Below, one piece after another: positions 1-9,831 of a stretch of DNA of 64,000 nt; the first letter of the stretch is position 1, and each line of letters begins with the position of its first letter. This DNA is from Armatimonadota bacterium (lineage in GTDB: Bacteria > Armatimonadota > SYMT01), in assembly GCA_041690135.1 (NCBI GenBank), contig JAWLHY010000010.1, forward strand, positions 128,001-192,000, in the 5' to 3' direction. Made by a program: the position numbers and the translations under genes. Under the pieces are notes generated by a model. It saw nothing but the letters and a program-made list of their open reading frames with translations, had not been told where the DNA came from and searched no databases.

Positions 1-34
1 GCGCGTGCAGGTGAAGAAGCATTGAAGCGTGTGA

Positions 35-1387
35 TCAGCGCTCGGAGGCGGGGATGTTCAGGACGATCAAGCCGGGCTGGCCGAAAGTCAGCTCCCGGCC
101 GGCATTGGGATCGAGCGGCGCGCCGTTGAAGGCGATGTAGAGGCGGCTTCCGTCCGCGCTGCATTTCAGGTTATAGGTGCCGCCCACGTTCCAGCGCAGC
201 CGATCCCGCAGCGGCGCGTTCAAGAAGGCCAGAACCTTGCGCTCCCGTTTCGCCAGGTCGTACTGGACGACCGGAGTGCCGTAGCGTGCGGACTGCCCGT
301 GAGCACCCGGCGCGTAGTAGAGGTACTTCTCATCGGGAGAGAGCGCCATCACGGCCACATACTCGCCCTTCAGGAAGTTAGCTCCCAACTCCGTCACCAT
401 GTCCGTCTTCGGGTCGAAGGCAAAGAGCGCGCCATCTTTGGTCATGCCGAAGAGGCGGCCATTTCTTGCCGGGCGGGTCGAAGCGCGCAGGAACCGGCCG
501 CCTGTCTTGCCCGGAGCGGCACCCGCAGCCAGGGGCAGTTGCGCGCGGGTCCGGGTGACCCGGTTTTCGGACGGTGAATAGCGGGCTAGGAAGCCGTCCG
601 CGGTGCTGAAGTAGCAGTGCCCCGCCGCATCCAGCATCAGGTTCCGGCTGCCTTCTTGCTGGTCACCGCTGCCCCGGTAGAGCACCTTGCGGGCGGTGAG
701 ATCGTAGGCAACGAAGTCACCGCTATAGACCGCCGTGAAGTACTGGATCATCCGCCGGGGGTCCAGGAGCGACGTCGGAAGCCCCTGACCGGGCACGATC
801 GCTCCCAGGCTCTCGCTGCGCCCCGAACTGGGGTCGTAGCGGAGGAGGACCGATCCCAAGTACCCGGCCTGGAAGTCTGCTTCCTTCGGGATCTTGCCCC
901 AGTAGGTGGAGAAGTAGAGCAGGCCGTCCTTTCCCTGATCGATTCGGGAGTGGACCTTGCCTGCGGCATACCTTTCCTTCGATTCGGGGAGCGCCTCGCG
1001 GAGGTCCAGTGCGGCGCGCACGGTGCGGTGGTGCGGGTCGTACTCGTACAGGTAGCTCTGACCCTCGGGGCCGAGGTGATTGCCCAGGGCGAAGTAATAG
1101 CGCCCGTTCGAGGCCACGCAGCCGTCGCCCCAGTTGCTCCAGAGCGTCTTCGGACCGGCCGAAGGCAGTCCCTCGAAGACGTGGATATCGATGGTCGGTG
1201 CGGTGCGAGCGATGCGGAATCCCGGCTTTCCTTCGAGCGCCGGCGGAACTGTCAAGAAATCCGGCGTCTCGATCCGGCGCAGGCTCACCGAGGGAGCAGG
1301 ATCCGCTGCGCCGGTGCGGCGCTGCCCGCCGACCGTGGCGACCACAACCCCCAGCAGGGCAACATACCCGACGTATCTCCTGGTCAT
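35..1387 (-). CDS. Secreted beta-propeller-like hypothetical protein
   Basis: 450 aa ORF with an N-terminal signal-like segment and repeated YDP/FDP and xSxDG blade-like motifs. Overlaps the upstream gene by 4 nt. Confidence 0.7.
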   Translation of the reverse strand: MTRRYVGYVALLGVVVATVGGQRRTGAADPAPSVSLRRIETPDFLTVPPALEGKPGFRIARTAPTIDIHVFEGLPSAGPKTLWSNWGDGCVASNGRYYFALGNHLGPEGQSYLYEYDPHHRTVRAALDLREALPESKERYAAGKVHSRIDQGKDGLLYFSTYWGKIPKEADFQAGYLGSVLLRYDPSSGRSESLGAIVPGQGLPTSLLDPRRMIQYFTAVYSGDFVAYDLTARKVLYRGSGDQQEGSRNLMLDAAGHCYFSTADGFLARYSPSENRVTRTRAQLPLAAGAAPGKTGGRFLRASTRPARNGRLFGMTKDGALFAFDPKTDMVTELGANFLKGEYVAVMALSPDEKYLYYAPGAHGQSARYGTPVVQYDLAKRERKVLAFLNAPLRDRLRWNVGGTYNLKCSADGSRLYIAFNGAPLDPNAGRELTFGQPGLIVLNIPASER

Positions 1388-3129
1388 TGGGGCTCCTCCG
1401 CTTTTTGGTCGGAAACCTGGGCACCGCTCCGGATCTCGATGCGCTGGTTTGGCGTCACGTTTTTGCGAACGACGGTGCCGGCTCCGTGAGGAAGCGTGAC
1501 TTCCACGTCGACTCGCTCTGCATCGCCCAGGCCGAAATGCGCGATGGCCGGCTGGCCGGATGCATAGCCGTACCCGGTGGCGATCTCACGGCAGCCAAGC
1601 AGCGCGGACGGGCTGCCGAGCTTCCCGGACGGGTACACGTCGATCCGGGAGCCGATCCCCATCCGGTTCACGCCGCCCTCTCCGCGGACCTGCACCTGGA
1701 GCCAACCGCCTCCGGGAGTCTCGTTCCGCAGCAGCAGCGAGGGCGCCTCGGCCCACCAACTCGGCAAGAACATATCAAGGCGGCCATCGTTGTCGTAATC
1801 TCCGGTAGGTCCCGGGGCACTGTAGAAGACCTTCCTCTCACGGAGCATCCTGGCGAACAGTTCACCCGCCCTTCGGGTCGCCCGATCTTCTTCCGTGGGG
1901 AAGTCGTTCACCGCCAGCGCATTCTCCCGGAAGCGCGGGAGGCCATCCCGCACTCCCAGGTTCTTGAAGATGACCGGATAGGGCTTACCTCCCGCAAACT
2001 TGACGATACTGACGGAGAGGTCCGGCCAGCCGTCGTTGTCGAAGTCCTGCACTTCCACGTGCGGCGCCTTCATCGGCAGCGGCTTCAAACCGGCGGCTTC
2101 CGTAACGTCCTGGAAGTCGGGCTCCCCATTCCGGAGCCCCCGGTTGAGGTAAAGCCGCACCGGCACCGGCTGCTGCCAGGGCCGCTCATAGTGCTGGCCG
2201 ACCACTAAGTCGAGCCAGCCGTCGCGGTTGACATCGGCGAAGCCGGCGCCGCAGATCATGTTGTCGCCGCCCGCATCCTTCCAGGCGAACCTCTCGCGGG
2301 AGCCGGGCGCCTCGCGGAATTTGGCTTCTCCGGCGTTCAGAAGCAGAACGTTACCACCGTTGTTGGCGGCCAGGAAAAGGTCCGGGCGGCCGTCGTTGTT
2401 CACATCCCCCGCGGCCACCCCCAGGCCGGGGATTGCCTCCGGCAGCCCGGCGGCGCGAGAGACGTCTTCGAACCGGAGGTTACCGAGGTTGCGGAACAGG
2501 CGGGAGCTTTTCGTGGAAGAACCGTTGTATCCGGGGAGAGGGTCCTCACCCGCCAGGATGTCCAGCAGGCCGTCTCCATCGAAATCTAGTACGGTAGCAC
2601 TCCGGCCTCCGAAGGCGGGTGGGCAGGCCCCATTTCCGGCGGAAACGTCGGTGAAGCGGCCCTGTCCGTTGTTTCGGAAGAGGGTGCACCCCCGCAGCGC
2701 ATGGCCCTCCCGCAGCGCGAGACGGCTGCCCTCCGGTGCGGGCATACTGGAGACATAGAGATCCAGGTCGCCGTCGTTGTCCAGGTCGGCAAAAACCGAG
2801 GCACTAGCGCGTGAGGAGATCCGGAGTTCCTCCTGCTCATCGAGCCGGAACCGGCCGTCGCCCCCGCGGAAGAACCGGTTCGACTTTCCACCGTCGGTAT
2901 GGAACGTTGCCACGTACAGGTCGAGCCACCCGTCGCCATCGGCATCTCCCCAACCGGCGGCATGCCCGCGGATGCCCTCAAGCGCCGGAAACAGACCCGA
3001 TTGCTGCCCCATATCCCGGAACAGGAAAGTTTGCTCCTCTTTTTCCGCGGCGCTCAATGCGGGAAGGAGCGCTAACAGCACGCCGACACCCACCGCCCGG
3101 AGGCTTTGCTTCACGTTCCGATCCATCAT
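1384..3129 (-). CDS. CRTAC1-family protein: FG-GAP/VCBS repeats plus C-terminal ASPIC/UnbV domain
   Basis: Repeated DxDGDGxLDL motifs, C-terminal NRMGIGSRI...GYASGQ..AHFGLG ASPIC/UnbV signature, signal peptide. Confidence 0.88.
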   Translation of the reverse strand: MMDRNVKQSLRAVGVGVLLALLPALSAAEKEEQTFLFRDMGQQSGLFPALEGIRGHAAGWGDADGDGWLDLYVATFHTDGGKSNRFFRGGDGRFRLDEQEELRISSRASASVFADLDNDGDLDLYVSSMPAPEGSRLALREGHALRGCTLFRNNGQGRFTDVSAGNGACPPAFGGRSATVLDFDGDGLLDILAGEDPLPGYNGSSTKSSRLFRNLGNLRFEDVSRAAGLPEAIPGLGVAAGDVNNDGRPDLFLAANNGGNVLLLNAGEAKFREAPGSRERFAWKDAGGDNMICGAGFADVNRDGWLDLVVGQHYERPWQQPVPVRLYLNRGLRNGEPDFQDVTEAAGLKPLPMKAPHVEVQDFDNDGWPDLSVSIVKFAGGKPYPVIFKNLGVRDGLPRFRENALAVNDFPTEEDRATRRAGELFARMLRERKVFYSAPGPTGDYDNDGRLDMFLPSWWAEAPSLLLRNETPGGGWLQVQVRGEGGVNRMGIGSRIDVYPSGKLGSPSALLGCREIATGYGYASGQPAIAHFGLGDAERVDVEVTLPHGAGTVVRKNVTPNQRIEIRSGAQVSDQKAEEPQ

Positions 3130-3171
3130 CCTGTCCTTTGCGAATGGGTGCCGGGTAAGAACAGCGATCCG

Positions 3172-4593
3172 TCAGGCGCGGATGCCGTCGATCGGCTTCC
3201 CCTCTCGGTCGGCGGGACCGAGGCGCTGCTTCGCATCCATTGCGGCCAGCATGGTGTTGTACACGTCGAGGCCCTCGGCGCCGACATCCAGGATCTGGCC
3301 GGTTTTGAAGCGGCCGTTGGCGCCGGTGATGGCGTGGAAGATCCCCGACAGCTCTCGCTTGACGTTGTTGTGGCGACCGTCCCCGGACTCCGTGGAGATC
3401 GTGATCAGCGAGTTATCCAGGATGGTGCGACCGTTCGCCTCCACCGACTCCGGGCCGTCGAGCCGCTGCAGGAAGTAGGCGACCTCGCGCATCTTCAGGT
3501 GGGCATGGGCGCGCAGGTGTTCGTTCCGCTTCCCCTCGTTGAACTCGTGCCACCATTCGTGGCTGCAGCCCTGCGATCCGAACTTCTTGCGCTGGCCGGC
3601 GTCGTCGAACTGGAAGACGGTCCTGCCGGCGTAGTCGTAGCGACCCTTGAGCCGGATGCGCTCGCCCGCCGCCAGGAAAGTGATCGAGCCGAAACGGACG
3701 CGGTCGGTCTGGATCGCGAGGGCGTAAAGGTCCGCCATCAGACGCCATTCCTCGGTCAGGTCCTCCAGGGTAATGTCGATCCCCTCACCGCCGGGGTCCG
3801 CCGCGCCGCCGTGCACGATCTCGGAAGGCGGCGGCATGGGCGGCCGCCGGAGCTTCTTCTCGTCCAGGGCGAAGGCGCGCTGCTCGTACTCGCGGATCCG
3901 CTCCAGGTGCTCGGCGATGCGCGCGCGGGAAGCAGTGCCCAGCGGCGAGGTGCGCCCGGTGAAGTACCGGTATTGGTCCACCACGGAGTCGAGGACGCTC
4001 CGCTTGATGCGCCGGACGCGCGGGTCGAGCACGGCTTCCGGCACGGAACCGAACACGCGTTCGAAGAGATCGCGAGGGGTCTCCTGCATCGCCGCCGCCA
4101 CGGTGCCGTCCGGGTTGAAGCTCTTGGCGTAGCGGCTCACCCGGTCGCGCCGGAAAAAGGTGCCGGCGATGAGCGTGGGGACCATGCCGGACGGCAGCCC
4201 GGCCGGGTAGTGCGTCGCCCGGACCACCTGGTCGAGGGAAGGGCCCCCCGCCTTGGCGGTGCCGGCGGGCGGCTCCGCAGTGAAGGCGGCGGTGGCCCCA
4301 TCGCGGTGCGCGTTCTCTCCGGGCACGTCCGTGCGTATCTGGTCCACATTGCGCATGATGAGCAACTTCCGGCCCAGCGGCTGGAGCGGCTCCAGCACGC
4401 CGCCGAACCCTTCCGCCTGCAGTGGGGACGGGATCCCCAGGCCGAAGAAGACGTTGAACGCCCGCACGGGAACCTGGGCCGCGGGGGCGGCCGCGGCGGG
4501 CAGCAGGAGCATCTCTTCCAGGAGCGGCAGGCCGATCGTTACGGCGCCCGCACCCTGAAGCACGGTGCGCCGGCTAAGGGGTCGTCTCGTCAT
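3172..4593 (-). CDS. DUF1552 domain protein with Tat-like leader
   Basis: SRRTVLQGAGAVTIGLPLLEEM N-terminus, GPSLDQ, PRDLFERVFG and RSVLDSV motifs. Follows the DUF1592 gene as usual for this pair. Confidence 0.88.
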   Translation of the reverse strand: MTRRPLSRRTVLQGAGAVTIGLPLLEEMLLLPAAAAPAAQVPVRAFNVFFGLGIPSPLQAEGFGGVLEPLQPLGRKLLIMRNVDQIRTDVPGENAHRDGATAAFTAEPPAGTAKAGGPSLDQVVRATHYPAGLPSGMVPTLIAGTFFRRDRVSRYAKSFNPDGTVAAAMQETPRDLFERVFGSVPEAVLDPRVRRIKRSVLDSVVDQYRYFTGRTSPLGTASRARIAEHLERIREYEQRAFALDEKKLRRPPMPPPSEIVHGGAADPGGEGIDITLEDLTEEWRLMADLYALAIQTDRVRFGSITFLAAGERIRLKGRYDYAGRTVFQFDDAGQRKKFGSQGCSHEWWHEFNEGKRNEHLRAHAHLKMREVAYFLQRLDGPESVEANGRTILDNSLITISTESGDGRHNNVKRELSGIFHAITGANGRFKTGQILDVGAEGLDVYNTMLAAMDAKQRLGPADREGKPIDGIRA

Positions 4594-7280
4594 GGTAGGC
4601 TCTCCGCGGGGTTCTTCTGGATCAGGTCGCTCAGCACCAGGGCGGAAACCAGGGCGGCGTAGGTGCCTCCACCCTTCTGTGCGGCCGCATGGATCCGGTC
4701 GATCGCGGGACCGTCCGCCTGCACCAGCGGGCGGCCCAGGGCGAACTGGACCACCTTCCGCGTGATGTTCTTCTGGACCCGCTCGTTCCGGGCCAACAGG
4801 TCCATCAGTTGCGCGGTGGTCGTGTAGGAGGCGGGCTGGTTCGTGCCGGGGAAGAGGATCTTGCCGTCCTCCCGCAGCGGGTTGCCATGCTCGTCTCGCT
4901 CGTGGTAGCCGCCTACGCCATCGAACTTCTCCAGCCCGAAGGCCAGGGGTTCGAAGCGGGCGTGGCAGCCGCCGCAGGCCGAATTGGCGACGCGCTGCTC
5001 CGCGACGGCGCGCCGCGACTGGCCCGGCCGGGGCGGCACGGGGGTGGTGTCCACGCCGGGCGGAGCACTGCCGATCTCGCTGTAAAGGAGATCCCGCAGG
5101 ATGAATAGGCCACGGGCGACCATCGACGCTTCGTCCCCGCCGACGGTGAGCACGCTGCCGTGGGTCAACAGACCGCCCCGGCTGGACACCTGGGTGAGGT
5201 CGTAGCGGGTCGCCTGGCGGACCGTGGCGCGGATCTCCTCCGGGGTGAGGGCCCGGTTGTAGAGGGCCACCTGGTGGAGCGTGCCGTGCCAGGGGCGGTC
5301 TCCGGTGGTCTCGTTGCCCAGGACCAGGCGGAAGTCCTCACCCCAGTTCGAGAGGTCGCCCGCCGTTTCGCCCGAACTCTGCACTTCGCCGTTCACAAAG
5401 AGCCGCGTCTTCCCGGCGGCATCGCGAGTGTAGGCCAGGTGGGTCAGTCGGGTTCCGGCCGTGCCGTCGGGGCTGCCCAGGCCGGGAAGGCCATTGGCGT
5501 CGGTCCGGCTGCCCCGGAAGCGGACCTCAAAACGGTCCTTCTCCTGCCCGAGGGTGAAGTTCCGCTGCAGGGCGCCGGAGGAGAGCGTAAGGATGCGGGC
5601 CGGCCCCTCCTGTTTCGTATTCGCGGGAGTGACCCAGGCTTCCAGCGACAGGGCTTTGGACTGGCGGACCGCCGCGACGAGGCGTTTCGGTGGTTGGGCA
5701 CCGGCAATGACCGTGGGCCCGGTCACCACGAGACCGCCCTGCTCCCAACTTACTGCCGCGGGGCTCGAGATTTTCAGGTCGAGCGCCTCGCCGGCCCCGG
5801 AGGTGTCGCGCACGGTATCGCCCTGGCCCTCCCCGAAGGTGTAGAGCGCCTGCAGCCCTTCCCGCCGCACGCGGTTGGCCAGGTTGAGTGGGAGACCGTA
5901 GTGCGCCGCCAGGTGGGGGGTGGCGAAGGTGACCCGCGCGTTCATCAGGTCGGCAAGGGGCCGCTTCTCCTTCCAGGCGATCTCCTCGAAGAAGGCGAGC
6001 GTCTCCTTCCGCATGTCGGCGGCGAGTTGGCCGCTCCAGGATGGGAACCGGCGAGGGTTGGGGCGCAGGTTGCCGAGCCGGTCCAGGTTGAGCCACTCGG
6101 AGATGAACTGGCGAGACCGGAGGATGGCGCGCGGGTCCTGGAGCATTCGGTGCACCTGCGCTTCCACGCGAGCCCGTTTGGCGAGGTCACCGGCCTCCGC
6201 GGCGCGCAGCAACTCGGCATCCGGAGGGCCGCCCCAGAGAGTATAGCTGAGGCGCGAGGCGAGCTCGTAAGGTCCTACGGGTCGCAGGTTGCCGGCGCTC
6301 TTTCCGACGCCGGCCTTATCCGCCTCCGCTTCGATCCGGTAGAGGAACCGGGGCGACTGGAGCATCGCCTCGACCACGTACCGGACGGCTTCCGTGTACC
6401 CGCCGCCCTCGCCGGTAACCGCTTTCGCCACCCGGTGGAAAGTGTCGATCTCCTGTGCCTGAAGCGGGCCGCGTAGGAGCCACTTCCCCATCGCCGCAAT
6501 CAGACGGCGCATGGAGGCCTCGCCCAGGTCTTGCCCCTTCACAAACCGCGCGGCGAACCGGTCCACGTCCATGCGCCCGACCACGATCTCCGCGAGCCGG
6601 GCGTACCCTTCCACGTGAGCGAGATCCGCGGAAAGATTGTAGGCGGTGTTGGTGAACCCGTCGGCGCGCACGTCCGGCGGCAAGATGCGGCGGGCGTCCT
6701 CGGCCACGTCCACACCGGTCGCGCTGCGAACAGTCTCCACGTACTCCGGCACCGTGAGCCGGCGGAGCCAGTGGTGCGCGGACCGCCGCTCGCGGGTGTG
6801 GGTCAGAGGATCGATGGTACTGCCGGACCAGACCGCGCCCGCGTCGATCCACTCGCGCAGCGCCCGCTTCTCCTGGGGCGACAGGCGCGGCCGGTCCATC
6901 GGCGGCATGACGCCCGACGCTACGTGCTTCCACAGCAGGCTCTCCGCCGACTTGCCGGGCACGATCGCCTTACCGTGTGCGCCGCCGGACAGGGCCGTTT
7001 TCTTCTGAGAGAGGTCCAGGCCCCCCTGCTTCGAGCCCGGTCCGTGGCACGCCAGGCAGTGCCGCGCCAGCAGCGGCACGATCTGCGCCTCGAACTGCCG
7101 GGCGGCGATCACCGGGACAGGAGGGGCGGAGCCACCGGCGCCGCTCGACGCCTGAACCGCCACCAGCGGGGCGAGACAACCGACCGCGGCGAACAGGTGG
7201 CGGGCCTTTATCCGGCCGGGTTGGGTTACTCCGCGAGCGGTCCCGCGAACGACGCGGGGTGCTTCAGCTGGGAATGGCAT
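4590..7280 (-). CDS. Planctomycete cytochrome c / DUF1587-1595-1592-1588-1585 protein with inserted LamG domain
   Basis: CLACH and CGGCH heme motifs, LRRLTVPEY, MLQSPRFLYR, ELASRLSYTLWGGPPD, and a LamG-like block (SLEAWV...THLAYT..LFVNG..ALYNRAL). Start codon uncertain. Confidence 0.88.
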   Translation of the reverse strand: MPFPAEAPRVVRGTARGVTQPGRIKARHLFAAVGCLAPLVAVQASSGAGGSAPPVPVIAARQFEAQIVPLLARHCLACHGPGSKQGGLDLSQKKTALSGGAHGKAIVPGKSAESLLWKHVASGVMPPMDRPRLSPQEKRALREWIDAGAVWSGSTIDPLTHTRERRSAHHWLRRLTVPEYVETVRSATGVDVAEDARRILPPDVRADGFTNTAYNLSADLAHVEGYARLAEIVVGRMDVDRFAARFVKGQDLGEASMRRLIAAMGKWLLRGPLQAQEIDTFHRVAKAVTGEGGGYTEAVRYVVEAMLQSPRFLYRIEAEADKAGVGKSAGNLRPVGPYELASRLSYTLWGGPPDAELLRAAEAGDLAKRARVEAQVHRMLQDPRAILRSRQFISEWLNLDRLGNLRPNPRRFPSWSGQLAADMRKETLAFFEEIAWKEKRPLADLMNARVTFATPHLAAHYGLPLNLANRVRREGLQALYTFGEGQGDTVRDTSGAGEALDLKISSPAAVSWEQGGLVVTGPTVIAGAQPPKRLVAAVRQSKALSLEAWVTPANTKQEGPARILTLSSGALQRNFTLGQEKDRFEVRFRGSRTDANGLPGLGSPDGTAGTRLTHLAYTRDAAGKTRLFVNGEVQSSGETAGDLSNWGEDFRLVLGNETTGDRPWHGTLHQVALYNRALTPEEIRATVRQATRYDLTQVSSRGGLLTHGSVLTVGGDEASMVARGLFILRDLLYSEIGSAPPGVDTTPVPPRPGQSRRAVAEQRVANSACGGCHARFEPLAFGLEKFDGVGGYHERDEHGNPLREDGKILFPGTNQPASYTTTAQLMDLLARNERVQKNITRKVVQFALGRPLVQADGPAIDRIHAAAQKGGGTYAALVSALVLSDLIQKNPAESLP

Positions 7281-7380
7281 AGAGTTTGTGTCACCAGGAC
7301 GGTTCCGCTGTTGCCTTCCTTCTTTCTACAAATCTATTGGGGGCCCCTGCGCGAAACGGCAAGGGTGAACTACAGGCCGA

Positions 7381-9831
7381 TCACTGGAGAGAAGTGCGCA
7401 CGCGCTCGGGCTGCCGCAGGGTGGGAGCAAACCGGGCGTAAGGGAAATGCCGGCCGCCCACGCGCCATCGGATGAACCTGGCCGCCCCCGGGGAGGCGTT
7501 GAAGTAGCCATCCGGCGTGGTTGCCAGCCAGTCGAGGCCTTCCTCATCTTCCGCTCCGGGCAGCAGGCGGAGGGTCGCGAGCTGCCGGCCACTCTCAGGA
7601 TCCCAGACCTGAGCGGTCGCCGCAGGGCCGCCGATGATGAGCCGCTTCCCGTCCGGCGAGAACTGTGCACTCGTTCCGGTCCCGGCGATCCGGCGCAGCT
7701 CTTTGCCGGTTTCGACTTCGACGATGTGGATGTTTTCATCACCCACAATGGCAGCGCGCCTGGCGTCTGGGGAGAGCGCCCCGGTGTCCAGGCTCCACTC
7801 GAGCGGCACTTGATGGACCCGCAGCACGCGGCCCTGTGGCACGCTCCAGCTCTTCACCATACCGGAGCGGTGGAAGCTGAAGTCGTCTTCCGCAAGCGCC
7901 GTCAACCTTCTCCCGTCCGGGGAGAACCGGATCTGCGTGATACTGCTGCCGGCATTCGTGAGCGTCTTGAGCAGCTTGCCGGTCTGGGTAGACCAGAGCT
8001 TGATCATCTGGTCCGAGTCGGCGGTGGCGAGGATCCGGCTATCGGGAGAGAACGCGACGCGGCTCGGCGTGCCGGTATGTCCCACGAACCGGTGGAGGCG
8101 CTTTCCCGTGGCGACGCTCCAGAGAGAATACTCGGACACCTCCGTTTCCAACGGTTCCCCCACGCCCAGAGCCAGCAGCCGACCGTCCGGGGAATAGTCC
8201 AGCGCGAGAACGGAAGTCTCACTGCCCCCAATCGAGCGGGGTTTTCCGCCCGCGCTCCAGAGGAGCAATCTTCCATCCTGGCACCCGGTGGCCAGGATCT
8301 TTCCGTCCGGTGAGAACGCGAGGTCCCGCACCGAGCCGAAGAAGAACGGGTTCGACCAGGTCAGGGAGCCGTCGCGCAAGTTCCACCGGCCGACCTGCCC
8401 CATCTGCTCGACCAGGAGGGCGGGACTGCCCGTCCCCACGGCGAGGGTCTGCCCATCCCGGGTAACCGCCAGGCTGACCGTGCTCCCCATTTCCGCATCG
8501 TCAGCCACCGGAAGCTCGCGCACCAGCTTTCCCGTTTGCGGATTCCACTCCTGAACGCCGATCCAGTTCTGGGACTGTCCACCGATATCAAACGTCACGA
8601 GGGAGCCCCGTCCCGGCCAGAAGAGCAGGCTGCGGCCGATCCCACGCGCCTTGAGGGTGTGCTTGAGCTCCCACGTCGCCGTGTCCCAAAGGCGGACGAG
8701 GTTATCGGAGCCCTGCTCGGGTTTCTCTGCCCCGGGTTCCCCGAGCGCCGGCATCGAACTGATCGCCAAGAGCTTTCCATCCGGCGAGAACGCCACCCGG
8801 CTGGCGCCCTCCGGCACCTCCAGTTTGCGGATCATCTCCCCATTGCTGGCGCTCAGCACGTGGACCACTCCCTGCTGAAAGCTACCGGCCGATACTACCA
8901 TTGCGGAGCTGTCCTTCGTGAAGTAGACGTCAGCGGGAGGAAATCCGGGCGTGTCGAGGAGACGAGGTGAACCAAGCAGCATGCCCGAAGGGAACGACCA
9001 CAGGCGTAGTGTCCCATCGGTGAGACATGCGACCAGCCTTTGGCCATCGGGGGAGAACTCCAGGTTGGCCAGGGGCGGCAGGTCCACGTTGAGGTTGAAG
9101 AATGCGCCAAAAAGCTTCCTGGCGGCCTGCGCAAACGGCTTGGCTTGCGCAGGCAGACTCTCCGCGGGGTTGAACAGATCACCGGATTTGGCCTGGCGCT
9201 TCAGTTCACCGAACGGCAGGCGGCGCGTCACCCGCATGCCCTGAAGATCCCACAACAGAACCGTGTTGTCCGGTCCCCCCGAGACCAGGGTTTGCTCGTC
9301 CAGCGAGAGGGTTGCGGGCGTCCGTGCCCCAGGCAATTCGGTGACCTTGCCGGACTTCGGGTCTTTGATCCGGAGCGCTCCCCCTTCATCGGCGACCAGG
9401 ATGCGGCCGCCCGGCAACCGGAGATTCGGCCCGGGCGGGGCCGGATCTTCCCGCAACTCACCCGTACGCGCGCTCCAGATGAAAGATTTCACATCGCCGT
9501 CGTTCCGGGCGTCGAAGTGGAGTTCCGAGCTATCCTCCGAAAAAGCCAGGTTCTCGGCGACACCGTAAACGCTGGAAAACTTGAACGGCAACACCTGGCG
9601 CAACTCCAGGGATTGCCCGTCCCAGATCCGCACCGTGTCGTCGCTGCCGCTGCTGGCGAGGAGCCGGCCGTCCGGCGATATGGCGAAGTCGACGATCCGC
9701 CCGGTGTGGCCGATCTGGAGGACCATCTCCGGCCTGGCATCACCCGCGCCGGCGCCGCTGGGGATCGTACCCGCCTGAGCCGCGAGGCCGGCAAACGCAA
9801 CCAGGGCCATCGTCATGAAGGAGCGTCTCAT
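7381..9831 (-). CDS. Secreted WD40-repeat protein
   Basis: Many FSPDG...W[DS] repeats, LQIGHTG start, C-terminal WLATTPDGYF motif, signal peptide. Confidence 0.88.
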   Translation of the reverse strand: MRRSFMTMALVAFAGLAAQAGTIPSGAGAGDARPEMVLQIGHTGRIVDFAISPDGRLLASSGSDDTVRIWDGQSLELRQVLPFKFSSVYGVAENLAFSEDSSELHFDARNDGDVKSFIWSARTGELREDPAPPGPNLRLPGGRILVADEGGALRIKDPKSGKVTELPGARTPATLSLDEQTLVSGGPDNTVLLWDLQGMRVTRRLPFGELKRQAKSGDLFNPAESLPAQAKPFAQAARKLFGAFFNLNVDLPPLANLEFSPDGQRLVACLTDGTLRLWSFPSGMLLGSPRLLDTPGFPPADVYFTKDSSAMVVSAGSFQQGVVHVLSASNGEMIRKLEVPEGASRVAFSPDGKLLAISSMPALGEPGAEKPEQGSDNLVRLWDTATWELKHTLKARGIGRSLLFWPGRGSLVTFDIGGQSQNWIGVQEWNPQTGKLVRELPVADDAEMGSTVSLAVTRDGQTLAVGTGSPALLVEQMGQVGRWNLRDGSLTWSNPFFFGSVRDLAFSPDGKILATGCQDGRLLLWSAGGKPRSIGGSETSVLALDYSPDGRLLALGVGEPLETEVSEYSLWSVATGKRLHRFVGHTGTPSRVAFSPDSRILATADSDQMIKLWSTQTGKLLKTLTNAGSSITQIRFSPDGRRLTALAEDDFSFHRSGMVKSWSVPQGRVLRVHQVPLEWSLDTGALSPDARRAAIVGDENIHIVEVETGKELRRIAGTGTSAQFSPDGKRLIIGGPAATAQVWDPESGRQLATLRLLPGAEDEEGLDWLATTPDGYFNASPGAARFIRWRVGGRHFPYARFAPTLRQPERVRTSLQ

